Source: Octopus bimaculoides
Lineage: Eukaryota
Direction: 5' to 3'
DNA length: 64,000 nt
Assembly: GCF_001194135.2 (NCBI RefSeq)
Contig: NC_068991.1
Coordinates: 57,178,316-57,242,315 of the forward strand
Part shown: piece by piece, positions 35,536 to 49,150 of the stretch
Numbering within the stretch: the first letter of the stretch is position 1
How the letters are laid out: the number at the start of each line of letters is the position of its first letter
Program-made: the position numbers and the translations under genes
The notes under the pieces: generated by a model
Database searches by the model: none
Seen by the model: the letters and a program-made list of their open reading frames with translations, nothing else
Told to the model about the DNA's origin: nothing

Positions 35536-35620
35536 ATACCGGTTAACCACAACTGTCTTTTTTGTGATACCCGACCTAGCTATCAATAAGTTGCTAGACT
35601 CTGACAATTTACCTCGCTGG
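35536..35620 (+). CDS. candidate 85-nt exon, product unknown
   Basis: Strong acceptor gtgtttcctcttaattcggtttcag and donor TGG|gtaagt. Only one frame is open: YRLTTTVFFVIPDLAINKLLDSDNLPRW. Confidence 0.4.
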
Positions 35621-35805
35621 GTAAGTCCGAGTGTCTTATTCAGGGCTGCATAATTTCGGTAGAGTAAGTAATAGTATAAATAACGAGAGGGAGAAGCGAG
35701 ATTTTTCACAACCATTAACGTGCGTAGGATGCCGTAAATAACTGTTAAATAAAATTAGGGATGTGAAAAATCTCCGTTTTCCCTATCATTGCTAATATTA
35801 TATAC

Positions 35806-35847
<42 letters not shown>

Positions 35848-36493
35848 NNNNNNNNNNNNNNNNNNNNNNNNNNNNNNNNNNNNNNNNNNNNNNNNNNNNN
35901 NNNNNNNNNNNNNNNNNNNNNNNNNNNNNNNNNNNNNNNNNNNNNNNNNNNNNNNNNNNNNNNNNNNNNNNNNNNNNNNNNNNNNNNNNNNNNNNNNNNN
36001 NNNNNNNNNNNNNNNNNNNNNNNNNNNNNNNNNNNNNNNNNNNNNNNNNNNNNNNNNNNNNNNNNNNNNNNNNNNNNNNNNNNNNNNNNNNNNNNNNNNN
36101 NNNNNNNNNNNNNNNNNNNNNNNNNNNNNNNNNNNNNNNNNNNNNNNNNNNNNNNNNNNNNNNNNNNNNNNNNNNNNNNNNNNNNNNNNNNNNNNNNNNN
36201 NNNNNNNNNNNNNNNNNNNNNNNNNNNNNNNNNNNNNNNNNNNNNNNNNNNNNNNNNNNNNNNNNNNNNNNNNNNNNNNNNNNNNNNNNNNNNNNNNNNN
36301 NNNNNNNNNNNNNNNNNNNNNNNNNNNNNNNNNNNNNNNNNNNNNNNNNNNNNNNNNNNNNNNNNNNNNNNNNNNNNNNNNNNNNNNNNNNNNNNNNNNN
36401 NNNNNNNNNNNNNNNNNNNNNNNNNNNNNNNNNNNNNNNNNNNNNNNNNNNNNNNNNNNNNNNNNNNNNNNNNNNNNNNNNNNNNNNNNNNNN

Positions 36494-36524
<31 letters not shown>

Positions 36525-36778
36525 AAGTGAGTTTGGAGGGATGTATTATCCGGTCTGATACCGTATTAGCTGTCAGTTAAGTTCCAGTTAACGGCTAACC
36601 AGAACGGTCAGTATCTAACGTCTGTGACTGCAATTAGTTGTTAGTCGCTTTGTTAAAATATTGCAAGTTTGCAGCGGAAACACGTGTAGGTCATTATAAT
36701 ATACTGTATATAAGTATAGAATAGATTTTGTGGATGTACAAATCTCTATACTCTTTATTATTATCATTGTTGTTGTTG

Positions 36779-36842
<64 letters not shown>

Positions 36843-37189
36843 ATATAATTTAAAACTGTTTGATTCGGCTCCCTGCGACTGAGAATTTTCCAGGCTGCTG
36901 ACAGAAAGCCAGCTCGTTCAAGCTCATCTTATTGAATGAAGGAACACATGAAGTCCAAAAGGACTACTGGAAAATGGGCTCCTATTCGTCAAGACAGGTT
37001 ACATGGTGTTGTTAGAAGTGAGATCGGCATTTCAACGACGCGTATGCGCATGCGTGTGTATATCTGTGTATATGTGTGTGAGTGTTTGTTTGTGTGTATG
37101 TGTATGTGTGTGTCTGTGTGCACATATTTAAAAAAATGTTTTTACAAAGAATTCCCGTTGTAGTCATAATATTTAATTAAATATCATTC

Positions 37190-37410
37190 AGGCGTGCTTG
37201 TGCGGTAACAAGTTTGTTTCCCTATCACAAGGTTCTGGGTTCAGTCCTACTGTGTGGTCACCTTAGGAAAGTGGTTTTTACTATAGCCACGGGCCCACCA
37301 AAGCTTTGTCAAATGAATTTGCCATACGGTAACTACATACAGACGTAAATTGTACTTATTTTGTCGACCCTGAAGTGCTAAAGGGTGAATCCGATATCGG
37401 TGGGATTTAG
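37190..37410 (+). mobile_element. SINE family B 5' half abutting an inverted family A fragment
   Basis: ggttcagtcctactgtgtggtcaccttaggaaag...accaaagctttgt, then tacttattttgtcgaccc. Confidence 0.75.
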
Positions 37411-37773
37411 CTAACCAACAGACACGAAGTAATAAATAAAACGAACTACTATTGCCATCAAAAACAAGATAAAAATCTACCAAATAATAAAGACTATAAA
37501 CTGTTCCCTTTTGTATCATTTAGCTTCCTTCGAAACAAATAGGAAAGTTTCAGAAATAAATTTCTTCAGTTAGACACTGATTCTTTGAGATGTGGAATTT
37601 TGCAGCTGTGAGATCACAGTTACTTCATTCGAGAGTTCAAGAAATTCTCAAAACAGAAGCAAAAGCCGAACCACCAACCATCCCCACTACCACATCGTTT
37701 ACATTACTTACATATTCCAGTACACTTTCTTCACAGTTCGTCAACAAACAATCTCTCTCTTGCTTTCTGTTTT

Positions 37774-37812
<39 letters not shown>

Positions 37813-38354
37813 TTCTGTTTCTATCTCTCTCTCTCTCTCTTGTTTTCTGTTTCTATCTCTCTCTCTCTCTCTCTCTTGCTTTCTGTTTCTCACTCACTCT
37901 CACGCACACTCTCTGTCTTTGAGTCACTGACACACACCGACGATTCACTCACGCTCTCTCTCTCTATCTCTCACACACACACAAACACACACGTACACCA
38001 TATATACACGCACAGACCACACACACACACACACAGACACACACACACACACACACACACAATTTCTCACCAGCTCACCTACACACGCTCGCACAGCTCC
38101 ACACGTATGTATACACCCACAAATATGCATTCAAGTCTTTGTGAGTATAGTTACGCTTGTATGTGACCGTAATGTGTATGTACGTTTTACACTGAGTATC
38201 CTTCATATAAATATATATATATCTGTTGATATACATATACATCTTCAATATATCTGTGCATCTATGCGGGTATATATTTATGTATGTATATGTATGTATG
38301 TATTCCCACACACACACGCACGCACACACACACACACACACACATACACACATA

Positions 38355-38399
<45 letters not shown>

Positions 38400-38766
38400 G
38401 TATGCATGTATATACAGATATGTGTGTGTGTTTATGCATAGATCTACCCGGAATATACTTCGTATACAGCTGTCTGTGCAATGATTTATCATCAAGTTTG
38501 GCTAATTACATTTTGCACCTGTTGCTTAAAAAAATCGCCGAAACTAATAACTAAATAAATTACAGACTAATACAGATTTTTCATGTCAGAAGGAATCAGC
38601 AATGGTAATAAGCACGAAGAAGGTTTTTTCTTATTTGTTGGGGAGTGTGAAGTTTCCGCTTACATGGCTTATGCATATACACGTATGTATCATGTCGAGC
38701 TAAGTAACTAACTACATACACATCTATGCGTGTGTATATGTGTATGTGTGTGTGTGTGAGTGTGCA

Positions 38767-38812
<46 letters not shown>

Positions 38813-39269
38813 TGTGTGTGTGTTGTATCTAAAACCCGACTGCTGTCTAGTTTTGACTTTTTTGTCATTATTGCTTTTCTTGAATCTTATTTCGAACAGT
38901 CAAATCCTTATATCCAACATCAACGTTTCTAGACTTTCTCAGACTCATCCTCAGGATGAAATTGATGCTGGTGTATCTTGCTGGTTGTTTATACTAGCCA
39001 AACAAGGTTAATGTGACTGAGAAAACATTACAACCAGAATTTGAAAGTCAGGCAGATATGTCATTTATGAGCCATATATTTTCGGTTGCAACTTGTGTCT
39101 GATATTTGTACCTTTATTTTAATAATATTGCTGTAAATATTGCATCCATTATTATCCATGAACTTTTGTGGACATTCCTATGCAATATAGAAGCGTTGCT
39201 TACCAATGATTTCATAGCTCATCTTACTTTGTGTTGCGTGGTGCATTGCAGTTTCTTGCAATTGCGGGC

Positions 39270-39835
39270 CTGTGTGGATCAAAAGGTATCTGAACTGGTG
39301 CTATAAAAAGAGAATTACAATACATATCGTTTCGGTATTTAATCTCCTTTGAAGCAGACCCCTTTTGAAGCCATATACGTCCTCCAGCGTCGTTTCCATT
39401 GATGGAAGCATTACTGCAATTCCTTTTTGGGGCGCAGCGGGCAGCTACCTCGCCGCATTTCCCCGGATTTCCTCGACGTCTTGAAAGCCCTTTCAAATGG
39501 GATTGGTTTTTTTGCCCTGTTTTCGGGCTGATAGTTATAGACTCACGATTCGTCGTCTGTTATGGCCATTTTCAAAATGTTTTCCTGTTCCTTGACACAA
39601 TCAAGAAGACCCTGTGCAGTTGAAATCCGATCTTCTTTTTGAGACAACCACACTCTACACACTTTACTTTGAAGCGCTGCTATAAACAACAGAAGTTAGC
39701 GAGAATGTTATAACTAAATGTACATGCATAACAAATTTCGAGGTCAACTGATGCCAAGTGGTTTCACTCTACGTACTTTAGCTCAGTTACCATAGCAACA
39801 GGCTCGATAATTCTTTTATCAGACCTCGTGCATAT
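39270..39835 (-). mobile_element. mariner remnant, internally deleted
   Basis: Minus translation RISTAQGLLDCVKEQENILKMAITDDES*VYNYQPE is joined to FQDVEEIRGNAARQL..CFHQWKRRW..SKGVCFKGD*. TIR-like sequence at both ends. Confidence 0.9.
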
Positions 39836-40623
39836 GGCAAATATAACAGTTGGATTCGTTAACTTTACAACTTTATAGGTTTCAATCAAATTTTAAAATC
39901 ACATTTGTCATAGCAAACTTTAAAAGCTTATTAAATATAAGAAGTTTTTGCTTTTTAATTTTAACTATTTTTATCGTAAATTTTAGTATTAGCTCATCGT
40001 TTAATCTAATACATTTTCTTCTCGTTTATGAATTGCTTTTATAATGCTTTCCCCTGTGAAAATTTAGTATTTATTTAATTCATATTATTCACGGATTTCT
40101 TATAGTTTCCGTCTATCAAATCCGTTTATAAGGCTTTGGACGGCACTAAGTTATAATACAAGACTCGTACCACAGCTTCAGTATGATTGAAACTTTAACC
40201 ATGTATTTGGGAAGTAAACGTCGTACTGCAAAACCATGCCAGCGTCTATATGTGAAGAACTGATATTATTCTGTCTGTTGGCCTTAAGAAAGAACATCCT
40301 CAATATGAAATTCTCAGGAAGGAACACATCAATCTACATCTATAGCGAATATTCTTTTCAATTTTAGGCACATATCCCACCTCTCCTTTTCCCTATCTTT
40401 CTCTCTCTTCCCCTATCTCTCACTCGCCTTTCCTTTCTACCTCTCAACATAGGCTCACACATAAACATGGATTCATATATAAATAGATTCATACCTATGC
40501 ACATACATAAATACATACATGCATACATACATACATACATACATACATACACACACCTACATACACACAAAGAGATCGGAAGAGCNNNNNNNNNNNNNNN
40601 NNNNNNNNNNNNNNNNNNNNNNN

Positions 40624-40706
<83 letters not shown>

Positions 40707-40992
40707 GAAATAGATAGATCGATAGATAGATAGATAGATAGATAGATAAATATTTATATACATATACAAGAAACTAATAGGAGAGACTAATAGGATGAAG
40801 ATTGATGCATCAACTTGTTTTTTTCATCGTGGTTTTTATGTATCACTGTTCTGGTTTTAAGCAGAACTGACCCTGTGCCCTGAGCCAGAGATTGCTTGGA
40901 GACACAAGGCACGTTATATAAATCTGCCTAATTACGATGGCTCCGTGGCATGAAACAATTAGTTGCTCTTATTTTAATAATGCGTGCATAAA

Positions 40993-41023
<31 letters not shown>

Positions 41024-41137
41024 TGTGTGTGCGCGCGTGTGTGTGAGTGCATGCGTGTGAGAGAGAGTGTGTGTGTATGTGTATGTGTATTTAGATGTAT
41101 ATATGTATGCATGTGTGTATGCAAAGATTATATAGAC

Positions 41138-41172
<35 letters not shown>

Positions 41173-41211
41173 TAGACAGACAGGTAGATATATATATATA
41201 TATATATATAT

Positions 41212-41257
<46 letters not shown>

Positions 41258-41271
41258 AGGGGTAGATAGAT

Positions 41272-41306
<35 letters not shown>

Positions 41307-41319
41307 GAGATAGATAGAG

Positions 41320-41375
<56 letters not shown>

Positions 41376-43301
41376 TATATATGAGTGTTTCCTTAAGATC
41401 ATACCACCAAATTTATCTTATAACAACATACAATAGGAAAGTCAACATAGAACAATATAAGATTAATAATATTATATATTAAAGATACACGCACATACGC
41501 ACACATACACACACGCACACTCCACACAAACACATGCATATAAATACATAGCGTATGTATGTATCGTTTTATATATATATGTGTGTGTGTGTTTGAGTTA
41601 AAGTAGTGAGGCCCAAAAATAATGAAATAATTTAATCCTTCCACTAGTTAAATTCTAAACTCAAAAGAAATTAATCCATTTCATAAACGAGAAATATGTC
41701 TGAGATCAATATTTAATTAAAAAGATCTGAAGATCATATATATAAGATATTAATTAGATATCTAATTAGATACTTAAGTATAATTCAATAAATTATATGG
41801 TGGACAGCAAAAATAAAAAATGTTCTTTATGTATACTAAATTTTGATTACGAAAAACAAAATTTAATCCTGACGAGGATGTAAAGAAAACGGAATGTTAA
41901 TAATTTCCTTTGACTGACGATAATGAGTATTTTTGAAGTACAAGTGTTGTTATTCAACGAACAATCTGCATTGCTATAATACTTAGACTACGTAGGGTAA
42001 TGACCGAGTCTCAAAACATATTTTTGCATGACCAACATAACACAATAACCAAATATCCTTCAAATCACACCGTAATGTTCTTTCAAAAAGAAAGTTTGGA
42101 AACAACAAAAAGAGAATACGATCAAGCTTTTAGTGATTTTTGTCATAAATTTGCTTGATCATGAATTATTTGAGGTGTTATAAATATCGTTTCCAACATT
42201 ATTTGTCAAGTTTTATGAAAACTTCCATTCATTATGAAAGTGTTTTTCATTAATGATTCTATTGTTGGTTTTACTCTGGGTTCTGTGGTGCGTTGCAAAT
42301 GCTTCTTTTTTTTTTTGTGGTAAAGGTTAGTGCGTGGTGGCCTGGTTTGAGAACTTTGCATATATATGGCAAGCATAAAAGTTAGAGTCGTTAAGTTTAC
42401 AATTTTCCAAGTTGCAGTCGATTTTCAAAATTGCATATCCGACAACGACATCTATCAATCGCTCTTTTGAAAGCCACCTCGATATTTTAAGAGATAAACA
42501 TTCTTTCTCAACTATCTTTAGTATATAATTGTCAGTATGAGGGTCATTGATTTTCATAACGTTCTTCACTATCAATGACGCATTTTCTTTGAAAAGACTT
42601 ATTCTGAAGTACTTCCAACGCTGGTGAGGATAAAACTAGCATGCAAAGTAACGAGAAAATGTTTATTTGAGGAACAGTGTACATGTCTGGTAATGCTGTT
42701 GTTGAAGCATTTAAATCAGCATTTTGGATGTATTTTCTCATCTTTTTTTTTTTCAAGTTCTGTATTAAAGCCTCGATGAGCAATTAAGTTTATATTCAAT
42801 TATATTTGCTTTCTATACGCAAAATACCTTGTTTTGTTCCTTCTCAGTGTTATGAGCTACCGCGGTATGGATTAGGCTCCGGGTGTAGGAAACAATATCT
42901 TTATGCTAAGTAATTAGAAAAACTATTTTTTTCATTCATTCTCACATAAGCATACGTTCAAATTTGCCAAAGAATTTGAAAGTTAACATAAAAAGAAATG
43001 AAAGCTTCTAATGTGTATGCATGTGTGCAGATATGCATATGTGTTTCTGCGTGATAGTAAGTCTGCATACATACATGTCAGCATCTGTGTGTTTGTGTGT
43101 GTAGAGTTATGTTGTGGTGTTGGTAATGGTAGGAATAGTGATGGTGATGGTGAAGGAAGGTGTAATGATATAGGAGAAGAGGAAAACAACTGCCACTGGA
43201 ATGACTGGCAGGGACCACGTGTTCAGAGATATCATGTCAGTATATCGGAGTCATTCTGAATGGCGACGAAGAGAAGAAGGAAATATACGAGCTAAGAGCA
43301 G

Positions 43302-43366
<65 letters not shown>

Positions 43367-44147
43367 CACACATACATACATACATTAATGCTTGTATGCA
43401 TGTATATGTTCACACACACACACACTCACGCACACACATATATCTGTATATGTATGCATATATATATGTATATATATNNNNNNNNNNNNNNNNNNNNNNN
43501 NNNNNNNNNNNNNNNNNNNNNNNNNNNNNNNNNNNNNNNNNNNNNNNNNNNNNNNNNNNNNNNNNNNNNNNNNNNNNNNNNNNNNNNNNNNNNNNNNNNN
43601 NNNNNNNNNNNNNNNNNNNNNNNNNNNNNNNNNNNNNNNNNNNNNNNNNNNNNNNNNNNNNNNNNNNNNNNNNNNNNNNNNNNNNNNNNNNNNNNNNNNN
43701 NNNNNNNNNNNNNNNNNNNNNNNNNNNNNNNNNNNNNNNNNNNNNNNNNNNNNNNNNNNNNNNNNNNNNNNNNNNNNNNNNNNNNNNNNNNNNNNNNNNN
43801 NNNNNNNNNNNNNNNNNNNNNNNNNNNNNNNNNNNNNNNNNNNNNNNNNNNNNNNNNNNNNNNNNNNNNNNNNNNNNNNNNNNNNNNNNNNNNNNNNNNN
43901 NNNNNNNNNNNNNNNNNNNNNNNNNNNNNNNNNNNNNNNNNNNNNNNNNNNNNNNNNNNNNNNNNNNNNNNNNNNNNNNNNNNNNNNNNNNNNNNNNNNN
44001 NNNNNNNNNNNNNNNNNNNNNNNNNNNNNNNNNNNNNNNNNNNNNNNNNNNNNNNNNNNNNAGTCATGAAGGAAAATACGAAGAAATACACAAAGAAGTG
44101 AAGCTAAGAGTTTTAAACTTAATAACATCATCATCACCATCACCACC

Positions 44148-44178
<31 letters not shown>

Positions 44179-44213
44179 CCACTACCATGTGTCCAATGTC
44201 AGAAAATTAACAA

Positions 44214-46310
44214 ATGAGCGAAGTGAGAGTGGTTAGGGGGAAGGGTTACTTAACTGGAGTAGAAATATCTGGGATTAGTGGGAGTCTGAGAGACCCTGCG
44301 GATGGGCTACGAAGGATGGTCGGAGTAGAAAACAGAGAGGTAAGAGTTGAAATCAGCGGGGAGAGTAGACAGGAGGAGCAGGGAAATGGTGATGGGGCTG
44401 TTAAGGATGAGGAACAGAAACGTTATACAGTGAGCCCTGATACTGTGGTGGGTGGACATGCAGGGGAAACGAACCAACTAGATAATGAATTGCTTGAAAT
44501 TCAAGGACGACTCACCGACTTGATGAATGCGCCATAAGAAAAAATCCCCATGAATATGAGAAGGGTAGATAGGAGTATGATAAATAAAGTAACATAAAAG
44601 ATAAATACTGTCATACCTTACATCCAGACGGAGGACATAGCACAAACAAGGAATCTTCTCCGAGTTATTGCACTACTTGCTGAGGGGAAATTACAACTTA
44701 AGAGAACAAAAAATGGTGAAGCAAAAGAACCATGGTAGAAACGACGCACTGAAAGGGACATAATGCGGGCAAGGCAAAATCTTGGAAAAATTGAGCAATG
44801 GTTAAGAGGAAAGTGGAAAAGGGGAAAAAGACTGACCGAGAAGAATTAGAGAAGAAATAAAACAAACGGAAGAACGGGTTTAATGCAGTAAAAGAGCAGT
44901 TAAAACAGAGAATCACGGCAAAAAGCCAGAAGATCAGAGAATTTGTGAAAAGAAATAAGCAGTTCGAGGAGAACAGATTGTTCAAAAATAACCCGAAGCC
45001 ATTCTTCTGAACGTTAGAAGGATTCAATGGGAAAAATGTTGGTCCTGATGCAAATCAAGTTAAGGAGTTCTGGAGCGGATTATGGGGACACAATGTGGTG
45101 CATAAAAGGGATGCAATTTGGATAGAAACTATCAAGACAGAATTACAAGGAGGAAAGAAACAAAGGACTATTGTCATAAGCGCGGGTGATGTGAAAGAAC
45201 ATGTGGGTAAAGTGCCGAACTGAAAAGCCCCCGGAACAGATGAGATTCGTGGCTCTCGGACGAAGAGATGTCACGCAGTGCATGAAAGACTAGCAGCCCA
45301 ATTGAATGAGTGTGTCCAGAAAGGTACAGTCTCTGCGTGGATGGTGACTGGGAGGTCAACACTTATAATGAATCATAGAAGAAAGGAGAATATTGTGGGA
45401 AACTACCGTCCCATAGCATGCCTAAACATAATCTGGAAGATACTGGAATATATGCGGCAAAGACATACTTTCCTGGCACAGGAAGAAATACTACCAAGGG
45501 GAAAAAAAGGATGTAGGAAGAATTCTCAGAGTATAAAGGATCACCTGGTTATCGATAAAACAGTTTTGAGGCATTGTAAAAACATCATACAAACATGTTT
45601 ATGGCTGGGATTGACTTTAAAAAGGCATATGATATGATGCCTCATTTTTGGATCGTTGAATGCATGCCGATGTTTGATGTTGCTGACAACATCACAAATT
45701 TTCTGCTGTATGGCATAAAAGAGTGAAAAACCAAATTGTACTCAAGTAATATATTCCTTGGAGAAGTTAATATTAAACGAGGTATCTTCCAAGGTGACTC
45801 GTTTTCTCCGTTACTATTTGTAATTGCACTAATACCCATAACAATGGCACTAAGAAAAGTTAAGATGGGTTACCGATGTGGGAAGAAAGGCCTATCATTG
45901 AACCATCATCTGTTTATGAATGACCTGAAATCGTTTGAGAAATCTGAAAAACAGATAGATTTCTTAACCAAAACAGTCCAGAAATGTGGTAGGGACATCG
46001 GTATAGAATCTGGGATTACCAAATGCTCAATACTTAATATGAAAAGAGGGAAGAGAGCGTCATGCAGAGGATTGCGGTTACCATCAGGAGAGACCATAGG
46101 TGAACCCGATGGTAGTGGGTATAGAAATTTAGGGATTTTGGAGCTGGATAACATTCTACACAGAGAAATGAAAGTAAAGGTCAGCGAGGTGTATCAATAA
46201 AGGGCGAAGATGTGTTGAAATCCAACCTCAATGCCAAAAATTTGATTACCGCAATGAATATCTGGTCAATTGCGGTGTTCAGGTATGGTGCGTCCATCCT
46301 CAAATGGAAA
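44214..46310 (+). mobile_element. R4/Dong-group non-LTR retrotransposon, N-terminal plus RT region, pseudogenised and 3' truncated
   Basis: KAPGTD, NYRPIACLN, IDFKKAYD, RGIFQGDSFSPLLF, NHHLFMNDLK and YRNLGILE motifs, with several stops and frameshifts. Confidence 0.95.
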
Positions 46311-47187
46311 TATCAACACTGGATAGAAGTCCATTACATCAACAGCATTATTTCAATGGTACTTTATTTCATCGACCTCCTGAAAACTGAAAGCCAAAGT
46401 CAAGTATAGCGTCATTAGAACTCACTTAAAGAATCGTAAGAAATATCAAAAGTTATCTTAGTAGACGCTCCACCGGTTCTGCTAATCCAAGCTCACCGAA
46501 ATGTGATATTAATAGACTATGCTTGGTCTGTCAGAGTGTATTTAAAGGGTGGCTCATTTTGAGACTGAAGAACTTCCAGACAGCCAGCAGATGTAGAATG
46601 TTTTTACAAGCCAATCAGTCTATTTATATATAATGTGTATGTATATATGGTGTTCACGCAAGTGTGTCAAAATGCCGTATGTTTTAATGCTTCTGTATGT
46701 GTGTCTGTAGATAGCATTTGACGGATTGTGTTAGATATACTTTCATTGCTGATTTGATTTTCCAAGTGAACTTTAATGCTTGTTTACTTGTTTGCTTGCT
46801 TGTGTGTTTGTTTGTGTGTGTTTGGGTGTAGGTGTTTGTGTGTATGCGCGTGTACGATTTTTTTGAGACTCCAACTTATGCAAATTTTGAACGAAGAGGG
46901 CTACTACCACTTGCTATTTTCCCCCTAAACACTATCTTCAGTCTCTGTCTCTGTGTGGATAGACACCCATACACACATACACACACGCACGCACGCACAC
47001 ACATACACACACACACATATAGATACATATACGTATACATATATAGACACACAAACATATTTATATACAAATATATATATATATGCACTCATGTATATAT
47101 ATGTGTGTGTGTGTGTGTGTTAAATAAAATGAGACAACAAAGCCAAGAGTGTGTGGAATTTTCAGGACATTTATAAAGAGAAAGTTA

Positions 47188-47235
47188 GTCTTACAGTTAT
47201 TTCTTGGATATTAGGGACATCCTTTCATCAGAGAC
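47188..47235 (-). ncRNA. degenerate minimal type I hammerhead ribozyme motif
   Basis: gtct CTGATGA aaggatgtccctaatatccaa GAAAT aact GTA agac. Stem III is mutated relative to the plus copy. Confidence 0.55.
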
Positions 47236-47541
47236 GATGTGAGATGGTTAGACACCTTTAAATTAGCAGCACATGGAATCTACGTCCCCACACTTTCCAT
47301 TTGTAATGACAAAATATGAACTCTTATCGGAACTTACATACTATGGACAAGAAGCATTTCTACCACTTCTTCATACAACTTTTCGTGGAAAATATACCTG
47401 CAACTCTAACATCTTACATATATTTTAATTTTTACTGTCATTCTCTTATTTCCCTTTATACTTGTTATTCTCATCCCTTTCCAAAGAAATAACTCCTTAT
47501 ATTGAACTCTACTATTTCTCTCTATGTAACTATGTCTCATC

Positions 47542-47589
47542 GTCTCTGATGAAAGCATATCCTTAATAACCAAGAAACAGCTGTAAGAC
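47542..47589 (+). ncRNA. minimal type I hammerhead ribozyme motif
   Basis: gtct CTGATGA aagcatatccttaataaccaa GAAAC agct GTA agac: 4-bp stem I, both core boxes, palindromic AGCT loop 3, GUA cleavage triplet. The stem II base is A-A rather than the usual G-C. Confidence 0.7.
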
Positions 47590-48622
47590 TAAATTTCTCT
47601 TTATACATGTCCTGGAAATTCGACACAGCCTTGGCTTTGTTGTCTCACTTTATTTAATATACACATGCTCATACACGACCCGCATTAGACTCCCCACTCG
47701 GATTATTATCGAACCGAGATTTTAACTGCGATCCTTCCATAGCATGTACATAGCCTTACCTACCACCTTGGGCTTTCTGGATACCAATAAATCTTATATA
47801 TATATATATATATAATAATTTTTTTCCAGAGGATGTAGCAACCGTTACCAATATAGCATAAGAACTTACCTTAGGAGATCATTAATTAGATTCCTTAAGG
47901 GTCGTTCTCACAGTTTATATTTATATCATAAGATTTTTAAACTTTTAAATTTTCATATTCAAAAGAGACANNNNNNNNNNNNNNNNNNNNNNNNNNNNNN
48001 NNNNNNNNNNNNNNNNNNNNNNNNNNNNNNNNNNNNNNNNNNNNNNNNNNNNNNNNNNNNNNNNNNNNNNNNNNNNNNNNNNNNNNNNNNNNNNNNNNNN
48101 NNNNNNNNNNNNNNNNNNNNNNNNNNNNNNNNNNNNNNNNNNNNNNNNNNNNNNNNNNNNNNNNNNNNNNNNNNNNNNNNNNNNNNNNNNNNNNNNNNNN
48201 NNNNNNNNNNNNNNNNNNNNNNNNNNNNNNNNNNNNNNNNNNNNNNNNNNNNNNNNNNNNNNNNNNNNNNNNNNNNNNNNNNNNNNNNNNNNNNNNNNNN
48301 NNNNNNNNNNNNNNNNNNNNNNNNNNNNNNNNNNNNNNNNNNNNNNNNNNNNNNNNNNNNNNNNNNNNNNNNNNNNNNNNNNNNNNNNNNNNNNNNNNNT
48401 ATATATATATATATGTATAATTCTATATATGCATACATACAAGCTCATGAAGGTGGTTTCAATTCCTGGACCGGGCGATGTGTTGTGTTCCAGTTTCCTG
48501 TCTAGTGGGAAAATATATACTTGATATATACATACGTACATGCGTACATACATATATGTGTGTGTGTGTATGTGTGTATCTAGCTATCTATTTATACACA
48601 TATTTATATATGTATATACATA

Positions 48623-48844
48623 TGCGAGGCATGGTGGTGCAAAGTTTCTGGTTTTAGGGTGTTGAGAAAGGCCTGGTTGGAGACCCAACCTACCGAGTTC
48701 TCTTACAGGGCTTAGAAGAACTGAAGGACCGCTCTAATAATTATGTTAATGTGAGAGGGAAATATTTTGAATAAAATCATAATTAACTAATCTTCCTGCA
48801 ATCTTTTCTTACGAAAGCCAGGAATTTTTCAGCACCCCCTCGTA
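48623..48844. mobile_element. mariner-derived MITE
   Basis: Left tgcgaggcatggtggtgcaaagtttctggtttt and right aaagccaggaatttttcagcaccccctcgta are inverted. Internal remnant GLEELKDRSNNYVNVRGKYFE*. Confidence 0.85.
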
Positions 48845-48914
48845 TGTATTGTCTAATGAAGTCTAGCAAGCCGGAACTTCGAAGTCACCATAAACCTTCT
48901 ATTTATACACGTTC

Positions 48915-49150
48915 AGGTAAGAAGCGTGCTTCCCGACTACATGAATCCGAGTAAATGTCTATGTGTGTATATATCTATGTATGTGTGTCTTTGTGTCTAT
49001 GTTTGTCACCGCATCACTGCTTAACAACCGGTGTTGGAGTGTTTATGTTCCCGTAACTTAGCGGTCTTAGGGTCGATTTGTTCAACTAAAAGGTGATGCT
49101 CATGCATGGCCGCAGTCACATGACTGAAACAAGTAAAAGAATAAAAGAAT
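48915..49150 (+). mobile_element. SINE family B, deleted copy
   Basis: gcttaacaaccggtgttggagtgtttatgttcccgtaacttagcgg...catggccgcagtcacatgactgaaacaagtaaaagaataaaag. Confidence 0.85.

Larger units (their letters stand above)
47120..47657. mobile_element. 538-bp fold-back element, probably a 5'-truncated Penelope-like insertion with inverted pLTR
   Basis: Imperfect inverted arms of about 130 bp (47120-47250 vs 47522-47657), each with a hammerhead motif. The interior ends in a pyrimidine-rich tract like the one at 18300-18430. Confidence 0.8.

Noticed and set aside
36530-36700. Possible mariner 5' end or imperfect hairpin
   Set aside because: Similarity too weak to assign, and no partner end found.
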